A stretch of DNA of 64,000 nucleotides, taken from contig CASESG010000007.1 in the NCBI GenBank assembly GCA_949290645.1, forward strand, positions 8,103-72,102. The letters run 5' to 3'. Below the pieces are notes generated by a model that had not been told where the DNA came from, searched no databases, and saw nothing but the letters and a program-made list of their open reading frames with translations. Source of the stretch: an uncultured Bacillota bacterium (lineage in GTDB: Bacteria; Bacillota_I; Bacilli_A; RFN20; CAG-288). The position numbers were made by a program, and so were the translations under genes. Shown piece after piece: positions 9,439 through 19,380 of the stretch. Position 1 is the first letter of the stretch, and each line of letters opens with the position of its first letter.

Positions 9439-11076
9439 TCACTCGATTTCGAGGAATTTCTTGATCTCTTTCGGAACCTTTCGGAAATCGGCAAGGACGA
9501 GGTCGACAAGTCCCTCCACGGGGGGCTTGTCCCTTCTGTTGACATCGTCGATTTCTACCACCATCCCGACCTTGGCGTTGCGGGCGCTGAGGATGCCGGA
9601 GAGGGCATCTTCGAAGACGAGGCAGTCCTCGGCCTTGACGTTGAGGGCCTTGATGGCCCTGTTGTAGATCATGGGATCGGGCTTTCCTTTGGTCAAGGTG
9701 CCGTCGTCATAGATGATGTGGCCGTCGTCAAACCATCTCTCGAGATGGAAGGTCTTCTTGTACCAGTCGACGTTGGGCTTCATGGAGGCGGTGCAGATGG
9801 CGACGGGGACGTGTTCCTTCTGCAGGAGATCGAGGAATTCCGGAAGGCCCAAGACGAGGTGGAGATTCTTCTCGTCTCTTTCGCAGAGCTTCTGGTATTC
9901 CTTCTCCTTCTCTTCGGCAAGCTTCAGAACTTCTTCCGTCGAGAAGGTCTTTCCGGTGAGGAAGTTCAGGATGCTGTCGTTGGAATGGCCGTGGATGTGG
10001 TTGACGAAGTCCTCGTCCTTGAGGTCGACGCCGAACTTCTCCTTGGCGAAGCTCTTCCAGGAGAGGACGTGCTTGTCCTCGTCGAAGAACATCGTTCCGT
10101 TGAAGTCGAAGATGACGGCTTTCTGCATCTTTCTCTCCTCCTTTTTCATCGGGTCGGGGAAGCAGTGGTCATAGGTCTTTCTCAGGTCGGCATAGGTGAC
10201 GTGGGTGTAGATGCTGGTGGTGTTGATGGATTCATGACCCATCAGCTCCTGCAGGACGCGAAGGTCCATGCCGTTGTTGAGCAATTCGGTCGCGAAGGTG
10301 TGACGAAGCATGTGAGGATGGATCTTGAGAGGAAAATCTGCCTTCCTGGCCGAGCTTTCGACGATGCTCTCCAGCCCTCTCTCGCTGATCTTCTCCCCTC
10401 TCTGGGTCAGGAAGAAGGTCTTCTCCTCCTTGTCCTTTTTCAGAAGCTGGGGACGAAGGGACAGGGCATAGTCTTCCATCGCCTTCTTCGCCCTTTCGGA
10501 GAAGAAGACTTCCCTCTCCTTGTCTCCCTTGCCCCGAATCCGGATCGTCCTCTCGGAGAGATGGATGTCCTCTTTCTTCAGGAGGATGATCTCCCCGGCT
10601 CTCAGGCCGCTGGCAAAGAGCAGCTCCAGAAGGGCGAGATCTCTTTTGGCCAGTCGGTCTTTCCGCAGGGCGGTCTTCTCCAAAAGCTCCTTGATCTCCT
10701 CGTGGCTGAGAAAGGAGGGGAGCCTCTGCGCTTTCTTGGGCGCATGGATGGTCTCGAAGGGATTGTCCTTGAGCTCTCGGTAGCGATAGAGATAGCGGTA
10801 GAAATGGCGCAGGCTCGCAATCCTTCTCTTGATCGTGCTCTTGCTCTTCTCCTCGACGGAGAGGGAGAGGAGATAGGTTCTTATGTCTTCCTTTTGAACC
10901 TCTCTCTTGTCTTTCTTCTCCTTCTTCAGGAAGAGCAGGAAAGAAGCGATGTCATAGGCGTAGGAGAGCTCGGTCTTTGCGGAATAACGGCGGATCAAAA
11001 GGAGATATTTCCGAAAGCTCTCCAAGTCCGGGTCTTGGACCTGTCGGAGGATGTTTCCTGTTTCTTTGTCGGTCAC
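9439..11076 (-). CDS. xerC: XerC/CodV-type tyrosine recombinase fused in frame to a HAD-IA hydrolase domain
   Basis: The N-terminal ~315 aa carry the full tyrosine recombinase set (LRAGEI, HPHMLRHTFAT, GHESINTTSIYTHV). There is no stop before MQKAVIFDFNGT...GKPDP...FEDALSG (HAD motifs I-IV). The HAD part keeps its own AAGGAGGAG RBS 8 nt upstream of ATG 10128. The 5' start (GTG 11076) is uncertain. Confidence 0.8.
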   Translation of the reverse strand: MTDKETGNILRQVQDPDLESFRKYLLLIRRYSAKTELSYAYDIASFLLFLKKEKKDKREVQKEDIRTYLLSLSVEEKSKSTIKRRIASLRHFYRYLYRYRELKDNPFETIHAPKKAQRLPSFLSHEEIKELLEKTALRKDRLAKRDLALLELLFASGLRAGEIILLKKEDIHLSERTIRIRGKGDKEREVFFSERAKKAMEDYALSLRPQLLKKDKEEKTFFLTQRGEKISERGLESIVESSARKADFPLKIHPHMLRHTFATELLNNGMDLRVLQELMGHESINTTSIYTHVTYADLRKTYDHCFPDPMKKEERKMQKAVIFDFNGTMFFDEDKHVLSWKSFAKEKFGVDLKDEDFVNHIHGHSNDSILNFLTGKTFSTEEVLKLAEEKEKEYQKLCERDEKNLHLVLGLPEFLDLLQKEHVPVAICTASMKPNVDWYKKTFHLERWFDDGHIIYDDGTLTKGKPDPMIYNRAIKALNVKAEDCLVFEDALSGILSARNAKVGMVVEIDDVNRRDKPPVEGLVDLVLADFRKVPKEIKKFLEIE

Positions 11077-11135
11077 GAATTCATTTTACACGGCCACTCG
11101 GGAAAGAGAAAGGCCAGGCAAGGCCTGGCCAGGAA

Positions 11136-13262
11136 TCACTTCTCCTTCTTCGTCTTCTTCTCGTCTTTCTGGATGTAACGGCACTTGGGATAGTTGGAGC
11201 AGGCGATGAAGGTCTTTCCCCAGCGGCTCTTCTTTTCGATCAGGTGTCCGGTGTGGCAGCGCGGGCAGAGCGGTGCGTCCTTTGGGATGACGACTTCCTT
11301 CTTCTCGATGGTGATCGGCGTGCCGTCGAGGGTCTCCATGTAGTTGCAGCGCGGATAGTCCGAGCAGCCGATGAAGAAGCCTTTCTTGCCCGAGCGCTTG
11401 ACCAAGGGCTTTCCGCACTTTGGGCAGACCTTGCCTTCGATGATCTCGGGCTTCGGCTTCTCGATGTAGTCGCAATCCGGATAGCGGGAACAGCCGACGA
11501 ACTCGCCGTACTTTCCCTTTCTCAGAACCAGGGGAGCGCCGCACTTCGGGCAGTTTCTTCCGACTTCCTTGGGAGGGATCTTCTCCATCTTCTCCTCGGC
11601 GTTGTGATAGAGTTCCTTGAACTCGTTCCAAAAAGATTCCAGAAGCTTCTGCTCGTCGATCTTTCCTTCGGCGATCTCGTCGAGGTTCGTCTCCATCTGG
11701 GCGGTGTAGGAGACATCCATGTACTTGGGAAAGTAGGCGGTCAGCTTCTCCACCGTCAGCTCTCCTTGGTCGGTCGGGATGAGGGAGCCCTTCTGGTTCT
11801 CGATGTAGTCGTGATCGAGAAGGTTGGTGATGGTCGGGGCATAGGTCGAAGGACGGCCGATGCCGTTCTCCTGCATCATCTTGACGAGCTTTCCTTCGTT
11901 GTAGCGGGCCGGAGCCTTGGTGAAGTGCTGCAGCTTCTCGATGGAATCCTTCTTCAGGGTCTCACCCTGGGTCAAGGACGGAAGCTGGACCTTGCTTTCC
12001 TTCTCCTCGTATTTTCCATAGATCTTGGTATAGCCGTCGAAGACGTTGATGGAGCCGGAGCAGCTGAAGACATAGTCGTTTCCGGTCAGTTGGATGGTCG
12101 TGATGGAATCCTTCCTTCCGGACATCAGGGAGGCCATCGCTCGCTCGTAGATGAGGGAATAGAGCTGGAACTCGTCCTTGTTGAGGGAGTCCCTGACTTT
12201 ACTGGGAGTCAGAAGGACATCAGTCGGACGGATGGCTTCGTGGGCATCCTGGACGTTCTTGGTCGACTTCTGCATATGGGCCTTGCCCAGGTATGCCGAA
12301 CCGAAGTTCTGGAGGATAAAATTCTTGGCGTCGTTCTTGAACTCGTCGGAGAGACGGGTCGAGTCGGTTCTCATGTACGTGATCAAGCCGGTCGGGACGC
12401 CGTTGATCTCGATGCCTTCATAGAGCCTCTGGGCGATGGTCGCGGTCTTCTTGGTCGAGAAGTGGAATTGGGAGAAGGCTTCCTGCTGCAGGGTGGAGGT
12501 GATGAAAGGAGGACGGGGTTCTCTGGTCTTGATTTCGTTCTTGATGGAAGAGACGACGAACTCTTCCGGAAGTTCGCTCTCGATCTTGTCGGCCTGTTCC
12601 TTGTTGTCGATCTTGATCGGCTTTCCCTTGTAGGAAGAAAGCTCAGCCTTGACCGTGTTTTTCGCGTCGGAGAACAAGCCGGAAATCGTCCAGTATTCGA
12701 CGGGGACGAAGGCCTGGATCTCCTTCTCGCGATCGACGACGAAACGCAGGACGACCGACTGGACACGTCCGGCGGAACGGGACTTGATCTTCTTCTGGAG
12801 GATGTTGGAGAGACGGAAGCCCATGATGCGGTCGATGATGCGACGCGTCTCCTGGGACTTGACCAGGCGGAGGTCGATGGTGCGCGGATTCTCCAAGGCG
12901 CGGGAAAGGGCGGTCTTGGTGACTTCGTGGAATTCCAATCTCTTGGTCGTGCTCAGATCCAGCTTCAGGACCCGGGCTAGGTGATAGGCGATGGCTTCTC
13001 CTTCGCGGTCCGGATCGGTCGCCAGATAGACTTCATCGGCCTTGGCAACGGCATTCTTAAGTTCCTTGACAACGCTTTCTTTATCCTTGGAGATGACGTA
13101 TCTCGGAGCGAAGTTGTTCTCGACGTCGACTCCCAGACCCATCTTTCCGTTGGCGGCGAGGTCGCAGATATGTCCCTTGGAAGCAAGGACTTTGTATCCC
13201 TTTCCCAAGAATTTGCCGATAGTGACGCTCTTGTGCGGCGATTCAACGATGATCAGTTTCAT
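11136..13262 (-). CDS. topA: DNA topoisomerase I
   Basis: MKLIIVESPHKSVTIGKFLGKGY (TOPRIM), the active-site region, and C-terminal Cys4 zinc ribbons (CPKCGAPL, CPKCGKPL, CPRCHTGHL). Start at ATG 13262 with AGGGAG upstream. Confidence 0.95.
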   Translation of the reverse strand: MKLIIVESPHKSVTIGKFLGKGYKVLASKGHICDLAANGKMGLGVDVENNFAPRYVISKDKESVVKELKNAVAKADEVYLATDPDREGEAIAYHLARVLKLDLSTTKRLEFHEVTKTALSRALENPRTIDLRLVKSQETRRIIDRIMGFRLSNILQKKIKSRSAGRVQSVVLRFVVDREKEIQAFVPVEYWTISGLFSDAKNTVKAELSSYKGKPIKIDNKEQADKIESELPEEFVVSSIKNEIKTREPRPPFITSTLQQEAFSQFHFSTKKTATIAQRLYEGIEINGVPTGLITYMRTDSTRLSDEFKNDAKNFILQNFGSAYLGKAHMQKSTKNVQDAHEAIRPTDVLLTPSKVRDSLNKDEFQLYSLIYERAMASLMSGRKDSITTIQLTGNDYVFSCSGSINVFDGYTKIYGKYEEKESKVQLPSLTQGETLKKDSIEKLQHFTKAPARYNEGKLVKMMQENGIGRPSTYAPTITNLLDHDYIENQKGSLIPTDQGELTVEKLTAYFPKYMDVSYTAQMETNLDEIAEGKIDEQKLLESFWNEFKELYHNAEEKMEKIPPKEVGRNCPKCGAPLVLRKGKYGEFVGCSRYPDCDYIEKPKPEIIEGKVCPKCGKPLVKRSGKKGFFIGCSDYPRCNYMETLDGTPITIEKKEVVIPKDAPLCPRCHTGHLIEKKSRWGKTFIACSNYPKCRYIQKDEKKTKKEK

Positions 13263-13344
13263 TGGCACACTCCCTTGAAAACCTCACCCATTATTGAAAG
13301 GGGGTCTGTCCTTTGTCAAGTAAAGTCCAGGCCCTTAGCTATCG

Positions 13345-14139
13345 CTAAGAAAAATCTTTCAGGGCTTCGCAGAGGTCCAAGCTTTCCAAGACGGGACGGG
13401 CACCATCGCGAATCAAGGTGTTGGTGAGGTCGTCTCCGGTGATGTTGCAGGGGAGGGCGAGGATGTCCTTCCCTTGCTCGAGGGCCTGTCTTGCGGTCGA
13501 GGAAGTTCCGGAGCGGTTCTTTCCTCCGGCGACGAAGACCACTTGTCCGCAGGCGGCAAGGAGACGGTTGCGGAAGGTGAAGTGGTCGGCCAGAGGCTTG
13601 CTCTTGAGCGGGTATTCGGAAAGGACGATTCCCTTTCCGCTCTTGCAGAACTCGTAGATATCCTTGCTGCTTTCGGGATAGGGATTGTCGATTCCGGAAC
13701 CCAGGATGCCGATGACCGGGATCTGCTCTTCCATCGCCGTTCTCATCGCCAAGGAGTCGATGCCTTCGGCCATTCCGGAGACTAGGACGACTTTCTTTTT
13801 CATCTTCGCAAAGCATTCCTTCAGGAGCCTGGGCAGGACTTCGTTCTGATAGTCATTTGGTTTCCTCGTGCCGACGACGGTCAAGCGTGGCCCTTTGTTC
13901 AGGATATCCAGATTGCCGTAATAGTATAAAAGGAAAGGCGGTTGATAGACCGATTTGAAGTAATCGGGATATTCGTCGTCGGTGATGGCGAAGAAAGGAG
14001 CCTTCTCCTTGAGGATTTCCTTTTGGAATTCCTCATCGGTGAATTGGATTTTCTTGACGACGATCTCATAGATGTCCTTCCATTCTCCGTGACAGCGGAC
14101 GGAGAGGGCAAGGATGATGTCTCGAGCCTTCAGATTCAT
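13345..14139 (-). CDS. dprA: DNA processing protein DprA/Smf
   Basis: GMAEGIDSLAMRTAMEE, VIGILGSGIDNPYPESS, FTFRNRLLAA and GGKNRSGTSSTARQALEQGKDILALP. Start at MNLKARD (GGAGGT 7 nt upstream). Confidence 0.88.
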   Translation of the reverse strand: MNLKARDIILALSVRCHGEWKDIYEIVVKKIQFTDEEFQKEILKEKAPFFAITDDEYPDYFKSVYQPPFLLYYYGNLDILNKGPRLTVVGTRKPNDYQNEVLPRLLKECFAKMKKKVVLVSGMAEGIDSLAMRTAMEEQIPVIGILGSGIDNPYPESSKDIYEFCKSGKGIVLSEYPLKSKPLADHFTFRNRLLAACGQVVFVAGGKNRSGTSSTARQALEQGKDILALPCNITGDDLTNTLIRDGARPVLESLDLCEALKDFS

Positions 14140-14192
14140 TTTCTCTACCTCCACCCATCATTGTCGGCAAAGGGAGAGAAAATTTACCGATT

Positions 14193-14840
14193 TCAGAAGA
14201 GGGAGAGCTGCTTGATGCCCAAGGCGACTTCCCGGACGGGTTCGAAAGAGAGGCGATGGACGCCAGGAACATAGCCATATCGTTCTAAGGCCTCGAGGTG
14301 TTTCTTCGTGCCATATCCCTTGTTGTGCTTGAAATCGTATTGCGGATATTTCTTGTCCATTTCAATCATATAATCGTCTCTCGTCACTTTTGCCAATATC
14401 GATGCCGCAGCGACGGAAAGGGATGTGGAATCTCCTTTCGGGATGGAGAGCGTCTCGATTTTGGTATGAAGTTTCATGTAATCCGTGATCAAAAAATCGA
14501 CCCGGTTCTTTTTCTGGATCTGATTCAAAGCGATTTCCATTCCCAGGCGGTCGGCTTCGAGGATGTTGATCTTGTCAATCGTCTCGACTGGGACGAGTTC
14601 GACATGATAGGCGATGGCCTTCTCCTTGATCTCCTCGAAGAGCATCCTTCGTTGGTGGTCCGTGAGCTTCTTGCTGTCGTTGATCAGGGGATTGTCGTAA
14701 TCGGGAGGGAGAAGGACTCCGGCACAGGAAACAGGGCCGGCCAAAGGGCCGCGCCCGGCCTCGTCGAAGCCGGCGATGTAGAGAACGCCTTTCTCCTGGC
14801 GGATCTTTTCGTCGAAGAGGCGCAGGGAATCAGCGGTCAA
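14193..14840 (-). CDS. rnhB: Ribonuclease HII
   Basis: GFDEAGRGPLAGPV, INDSKKLT, DSTSLSVAAASILAKVTRD and GYGTKKHLEAL. I propose a TTG start at 14840 (GGGAGGA 6 nt upstream), inside the end of rbgA. The longer ATG-initiated ORF to 15029 adds S/R-rich non-homologous sequence overlapping rbgA. Confidence 0.85.
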   Translation of the reverse strand: MTADSLRLFDEKIRQEKGVLYIAGFDEAGRGPLAGPVSCAGVLLPPDYDNPLINDSKKLTDHQRRMLFEEIKEKAIAYHVELVPVETIDKINILEADRLGMEIALNQIQKKNRVDFLITDYMKLHTKIETLSIPKGDSTSLSVAAASILAKVTRDDYMIEMDKKYPQYDFKHNKGYGTKKHLEALERYGYVPGVHRLSFEPVREVALGIKQLSLF

Positions 14841-15678
14841 GGGAAATCCTCCCGAGCACGCCGCTTCGCAATTCGTTGAGGACGAGCTTCCTGGCCCGTT
14901 GGGAATCCGGCTCTCCCTTGGCAAGAAGGAGATTCCTCTCCTTGGCGATGAGCTTGAATCCTTCCTCCGGGTTCTCTTTCTTCTGGTAATGGTAGCGGGA
15001 GACAAGCAGGGGAAGATAGTCTTTCTCAAGGAGCTCGAGCATGTAGTCGGTCAGGGCGACAAGAGGGAGGATGTCCATCCGCACCGAACCGAGGATGGCA
15101 AGCTTGGCGATGCTTTCCTTGTCCTCGTAGTTCGGCTCGAGGATGCCAGGAGTGTCATGGATATAGAGCCTGTCCTGGATGCGGAGCAGAGGTTCGTCCC
15201 TGGTCTTTCCGGGCCGATTCTCCACAGGGGCCTTCTTCCTTCCGGAGAGGGAGTTGATCAGGGTGGACTTTCCGACATTGGGGATGCCGATGACCATGAA
15301 ACGCTTGGAAGGGGCGGGAAAGCCGAGCTTGGCATAGCGCTCTTCTTGCTTGGTCTTGACGCGGGAGAGGTGATTGAGGAGAGTCTTGACGTTCTTCTTG
15401 TCCCGAAGGTCGAGTGCGAAAGGCTCGATTCCTTCTTGTCGGAACTTCTCCACCTGTCTTTTGAGGACTTCCGGGTCGGCAAGATCGGCCTTGGAGAAGA
15501 CGAAGACCTTCGCCTTTCCTTCCGTCAGCCGATGGAGATAGCCAGGGAAAGAGGAGAAAGGAGCGCGGGCATCGCCGATTTCGATCACGCCATCGCAAAG
15601 AGCAAGCTTTTCCCGCATATTGCGGATGGCTTTCTTCATATGTCCTGGAAACCAGTTGATTTCTCTGAGTTCGTTCAT
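14830..15678 (-). CDS. rbgA: Ribosome biogenesis GTPase A (YlqF/RbgA)
   Basis: INWFPGHMKKA, circularly permuted GTPase motifs, and MVIGIPNVGKSTLINSL. Confidence 0.92.
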   Translation of the reverse strand: MNELREINWFPGHMKKAIRNMREKLALCDGVIEIGDARAPFSSFPGYLHRLTEGKAKVFVFSKADLADPEVLKRQVEKFRQEGIEPFALDLRDKKNVKTLLNHLSRVKTKQEERYAKLGFPAPSKRFMVIGIPNVGKSTLINSLSGRKKAPVENRPGKTRDEPLLRIQDRLYIHDTPGILEPNYEDKESIAKLAILGSVRMDILPLVALTDYMLELLEKDYLPLLVSRYHYQKKENPEEGFKLIAKERNLLLAKGEPDSQRARKLVLNELRSGVLGRISLDR

Positions 15679-15693
15679 CGATAAATTGTTTGT

Positions 15694-16215
15694 TTAAATA
15701 AGGAAAAGATTCATTCCGCAGACCTTCTCGACGAAGGAGGGAATCTCATTTGGGCTGAGGTTGAAGACGACCGAGATCTCATCTCGGAGAAGACCGGTCA
15801 GGGTGCGTAAGAGCCTTGTGTCGAAATCGGAGAAGGCCTTGTTGAGACGGATGCGTTCCTCCCGATAGGCAAGGAGCGTAAGGATGACGCGCAGGCTGTC
15901 GATTCGATTTCCGGAGTTGACGAGGTTCTGGAATTGGGTCTTTCTCTCGTGGGGTCCGACTTTCGGGAGGATTTCGATCGAAGGGACTTGCTTCAGAAGG
16001 TCGAGGGCCTCTTCCTTGGTGAGCAAAGGGCGAAGGAGCAAATCGGCCTTGTCGACGGGGATGAAGCATTGATAACCGTGAGTGAAGTCATAGGCAAAGC
16101 AAGGGCTGAGGACAAAGTAAGGGACTTTTCCGCTTCCGAAGTCCTTCTCCTCCTGAGCGACGATCTGGAAGATTCGTCCTCTCTTGTCGATGGCCCGACT
16201 GCCAATGCCAAACAT
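15694..16215 (-). CDS. CarD/CdnL/TRCF-domain transcription factor
   Basis: MFGIGSRAIDKRGRIFQIVAQEEKDFGSGKVPYFVL resembles the N-terminal RNAP-interacting Tudor-like domain of CarD-family proteins. GAGGAGGG lies 5 nt upstream of ATG 16215. Confidence 0.65.
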   Translation of the reverse strand: MFGIGSRAIDKRGRIFQIVAQEEKDFGSGKVPYFVLSPCFAYDFTHGYQCFIPVDKADLLLRPLLTKEEALDLLKQVPSIEILPKVGPHERKTQFQNLVNSGNRIDSLRVILTLLAYREERIRLNKAFSDFDTRLLRTLTGLLRDEISVVFNLSPNEIPSFVEKVCGMNLFLI

Positions 16216-16378
16216 GGAAACCCTCCTCATATGAAATGCTTCTTCTGCTTTTGTCTTGTTTCCTATGACGGAATAACCACATTTATTTTATCATTTCTCC
16301 TCGCTTTTTTCTATCGGAGGAAGGAAAGAAATCGGAAGTCCTTCGCTTTTCTTGAAAAGAGCATAGCTCTTTTTGGCG

Positions 16379-16408
16379 TTGGAAATAACTCTTGCTTTTG
16401 CTTACAAT
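16379..16408 (+). promoter_or_regulatory. Putative sigma-70 promoter for the P-type ATPase operon (TTGGAA-18-TACAAT)
   Basis: TTGGAA at 16379-16384 and TACAAT at 16403-16408, about 60 nt upstream of the ATPase start. Confidence 0.45.
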
Positions 16409-16467
16409 ATCAGACGGGTCTATGGACCCATCGATCCTTTTTCGATCTGTCTCCTGAGGAGGGACCC

Positions 16468-19380
16468 ATGAAAGAAGAAGACGTAAAGAAAATCATCCAT
16501 TCCTATCCGAGAAATGTCTACGGGCAGCTTTCGACCTCGGCTCAAGGCCTTTCGGAAGAAGAGGTGAAGAAGCGCCTTTCGCAATACGGAAAGAACGAGA
16601 TCACCAAAGAGAAGAAGACACCGCTTTGGAAAATCTTCGTCTCCAATTTCATCTCGCCGATGGCCATCCTGCTTTGGGTGGCCGGAATCCTCTCCCTGAT
16701 CACGTCCTTCATCGGCACGAAGGAAGATGTCGTGCTTCAAGATCCCCAGATGCTCTATCTGGCGGTCGCCATCTGGCTTGTCAACATCATCAACGGAATC
16801 TTTTCCTTTATGCAGCAGTTCAAGGCCGGGAAGATGACCGATGCCTTGGCCAAGATGCTTCCCCAGTATGCCCGCGTCATCCGCGACGGCGAGGAGAAGA
16901 GAATCTCGGCGACGGAACTGGTTCCAGGGGACATCATGATCCTGGCCGAAGGAGATCGGATCTCCGCGGATGCCCGCATCCTGATGTGCGATGACCTCTC
17001 CTGCACCCAAGCGGCCTTGGACGGAGAGGCCACCCCGGCCCGCAAGACCCATGAACCGCTCAAGGAAGAGCCAGATTCCCTGGTCGGAGCGAAGAACCTG
17101 GTCTTTGCCGGAACGAGCGTCTCGACCGGCTCGGCTCGCTGTGTCGTCATCGCCACGGGCATGGAGACGGAATTCGGAAAGATCGCTTCCCTGACCCAGA
17201 ACATCCAGGCGAAGAAGTCCCCTCTCCAGAAAGAGATCGAGAGGGCGACGAAGGTCATCTCCATGATCGCCTGCTCGGTTGGTGCTTTGGTCTTCCTTCT
17301 CGGCATCATCGTCAACGGCATCCAGAAGGAGAGCTTCTCAAAGCCCAATCTCTACCTGGAGCAGTTTGTCTTCGCCCTGGGAATGATCGTTGCTTTCATT
17401 CCGGAGGGTCTTTCTCCGACAGTCACTCTCTCCTTGGCCAAGGCTGTCCAGAGAATCGCCAAGGACGGGGCCTTGATCAAGTCCTTGACCTCGGTCGAGA
17501 CTCTGGGATCGGCGACGGTCATCTGCTCCGACAAGACAGGAACCCTGACGAAGAACGAGATGACCGTAAAGTCCCTTTATCTTTCCACGGGTGTCTTGAC
17601 CGTCACCGGGAATGGCTATTCTCCGGAAGGACATATCGTCGATGAGACGGGCAAGGAACACACCGGGCAGAACGATTATGCCCTGAAGAGGCTTCTGACG
17701 ATCGGAGGTCTCTGCTCCGATGCCCGTCTGATTCCTCCGGAAGAAGGGAAGGAAAACAAGCATTACACCGTCCTTGGAGACCCGACGGAAGCCTGCTTGG
17801 GTGTTGCGGCGGAAAAAGGCCTTGTCAGCCCGGGAAACCAGCTCAACCTGATGCCCCGTATCCGCGAGCTGAACTTCGATTCGGTCCGCAAGATGATGTC
17901 GACCATCCATCAGCTCGATCACACCGTCGACGGGGCGCAGAGAGTCAGCTTCACCAAGGGGGCCCCAAAGGAAGTCCTGGAGCGCTGCTCCTATATCCTG
18001 GACGGAGAAAAAGTCCGTCCGATCACGGAAGAAGATAAGAAGAAGGCGATGGATCAGAATGATCGCTATGCCAGGGACGGACTCCGCGTCCTGGCGATGG
18101 CCTATCGCCTTTTGAAGAAGGATTCCGACATCCCTCTGGCCCTTTCCGCCTACACGCCCGAGATCATCGAGAAGGAGATGGTCTTCGTCGGCTTGGAGGC
18201 GATGCAAGACCCGCCGAGGGAAGGAATCAGGGAAGCGATCGCCCAGTGCCACAGGGCCGGAATCAAAGTCATCATGGTCACGGGCGACTACGGACTGACC
18301 GCCCTGGCAATCGCCAAGAAGATCGGCATCGTCCATTCGGACAAGGAGATCGCGGTCATCACCGGAAGCGAATTGGCGAAGATGACGGACGACGAGCTGA
18401 AGGAGAAGCTCAAGGGTGAGGTTCTCTTCGCCCGTATGGCTCCGGAGCAGAAATATCGGGTCGTTACCTGTTTGCAGGAGCTTGGCGAGATCGTCGCCGT
18501 CACCGGCGATGGTGTCAACGATGCTCCGGCCCTCAAGAAGGCCGACATCGGTGTCGCAATGGGCATCACCGGAACGGACGTCGCCAAGGATGCGGCGGAC
18601 ATGATCCTGACCGACGACAACTTCGCCTCCATCGTCAAGGCCATCATGGAAGGAAGAACGGTCTACAGCAATATCAAGAAGTTCATCACCTATATCTTCA
18701 ACTCCAACGTCCCGGAGGCGATTCCCTTCCTGCTTCCGACGTTGACGGGAAACCTCGTCCCTCAGCCTCTGACGATCATGGAAGTCCTCTTCGTCGATCT
18801 GGGAACAGACCTTGTCCCGGCTCTGGGCCTTGGCTCGGAGCTTCCCAACGAGAGCGTCATGGACGAGAAACCGCGTTCCAAGGACTCCCATCTGATCGAC
18901 AAGCGTCTTTTGGGAAAGGCGGGTCTCTACGGAATCACGACCTCCATCTTGGCCATGGCAGCCTACTTCCTCTTCGTCCTCTTCAACCAGACTCCGGGCG
19001 TTCCTTTCCACTTCTTCACCAGCGAGAGCAATCCCGAGCTCTGGATGTCTTCGACCGCGGTTGTCATCGTCAGCATCGTCTTCTGCCAGATCGGCATGGG
19101 CTTCAATTGCCGGACGGACAAGGAATCGGTCTTCAAGCTGGGCCTTTTCTCCAACAAGCTTCTGGGAATCGGCCAGATCCTGGAGGTCGTCCTGGTCCTC
19201 GCCATCGTCTTCATCCCGTGGATCAACGCCGAGATCTTCCAGGCCTACAACATCACGACCTGGCAGATCTGGCCGATTCTGATCAGCTTCCCCTTCCTCG
19301 TCTTCTTCCTTGAGGAAGGTCGGAAGTATCTCATGCGACGGAAGGAAGAAAAAGCTAAAGGAAAGGAGCAGACAGTATGA
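16468..19380 (+). CDS. P2-type cation-transporting ATPase with Na,K-ATPase-like (P2C-like) ion-site motifs
   Basis: ICSDKTGTLTKNEMTV, TGDGVNDAPALKKADIGVAMG, TM4 FIPEGLSPTVTLSLA, TM5 YIFNSNVPEAIPFLL, TM6 FVDLGTDLVPALGLGSE. Start at ATG 16468 with GAGGAGGG upstream. The track ORF's first 178 codons are antisense of the CarD-like gene. Confidence 0.9.
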   Translation: MKEEDVKKIIHSYPRNVYGQLSTSAQGLSEEEVKKRLSQYGKNEITKEKKTPLWKIFVSNFISPMAILLWVAGILSLITSFIGTKEDVVLQDPQMLYLAVAIWLVNIINGIFSFMQQFKAGKMTDALAKMLPQYARVIRDGEEKRISATELVPGDIMILAEGDRISADARILMCDDLSCTQAALDGEATPARKTHEPLKEEPDSLVGAKNLVFAGTSVSTGSARCVVIATGMETEFGKIASLTQNIQAKKSPLQKEIERATKVISMIACSVGALVFLLGIIVNGIQKESFSKPNLYLEQFVFALGMIVAFIPEGLSPTVTLSLAKAVQRIAKDGALIKSLTSVETLGSATVICSDKTGTLTKNEMTVKSLYLSTGVLTVTGNGYSPEGHIVDETGKEHTGQNDYALKRLLTIGGLCSDARLIPPEEGKENKHYTVLGDPTEACLGVAAEKGLVSPGNQLNLMPRIRELNFDSVRKMMSTIHQLDHTVDGAQRVSFTKGAPKEVLERCSYILDGEKVRPITEEDKKKAMDQNDRYARDGLRVLAMAYRLLKKDSDIPLALSAYTPEIIEKEMVFVGLEAMQDPPREGIREAIAQCHRAGIKVIMVTGDYGLTALAIAKKIGIVHSDKEIAVITGSELAKMTDDELKEKLKGEVLFARMAPEQKYRVVTCLQELGEIVAVTGDGVNDAPALKKADIGVAMGITGTDVAKDAADMILTDDNFASIVKAIMEGRTVYSNIKKFITYIFNSNVPEAIPFLLPTLTGNLVPQPLTIMEVLFVDLGTDLVPALGLGSELPNESVMDEKPRSKDSHLIDKRLLGKAGLYGITTSILAMAAYFLFVLFNQTPGVPFHFFTSESNPELWMSSTAVVIVSIVFCQIGMGFNCRTDKESVFKLGLFSNKLLGIGQILEVVLVLAIVFIPWINAEIFQAYNITTWQIWPILISFPFLVFFLEEGRKYLMRRKEEKAKGKEQTV

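Noticed and set aside
10977-12980. 667-aa plus-strand ORF, together with 9718..11178(+)
   Set aside because: Antisense shadows of topA and of the xerC-HAD gene.
15934-16467. N-terminal extension of the ATPase ORF, including an in-frame MKCFFCF start at about 16231
   Set aside because: The first part is antisense of the CarD-like gene. A promoter-like element and a strong GAGGAGGG RBS sit just before ATG 16468, where homology to P-type ATPases begins.
17338-19011. 557-aa minus-strand ORF, together with 16420..17052(-) and 19245..20069(-)
   Set aside because: Antisense shadows of the P-type ATPase and the first RCK gene.
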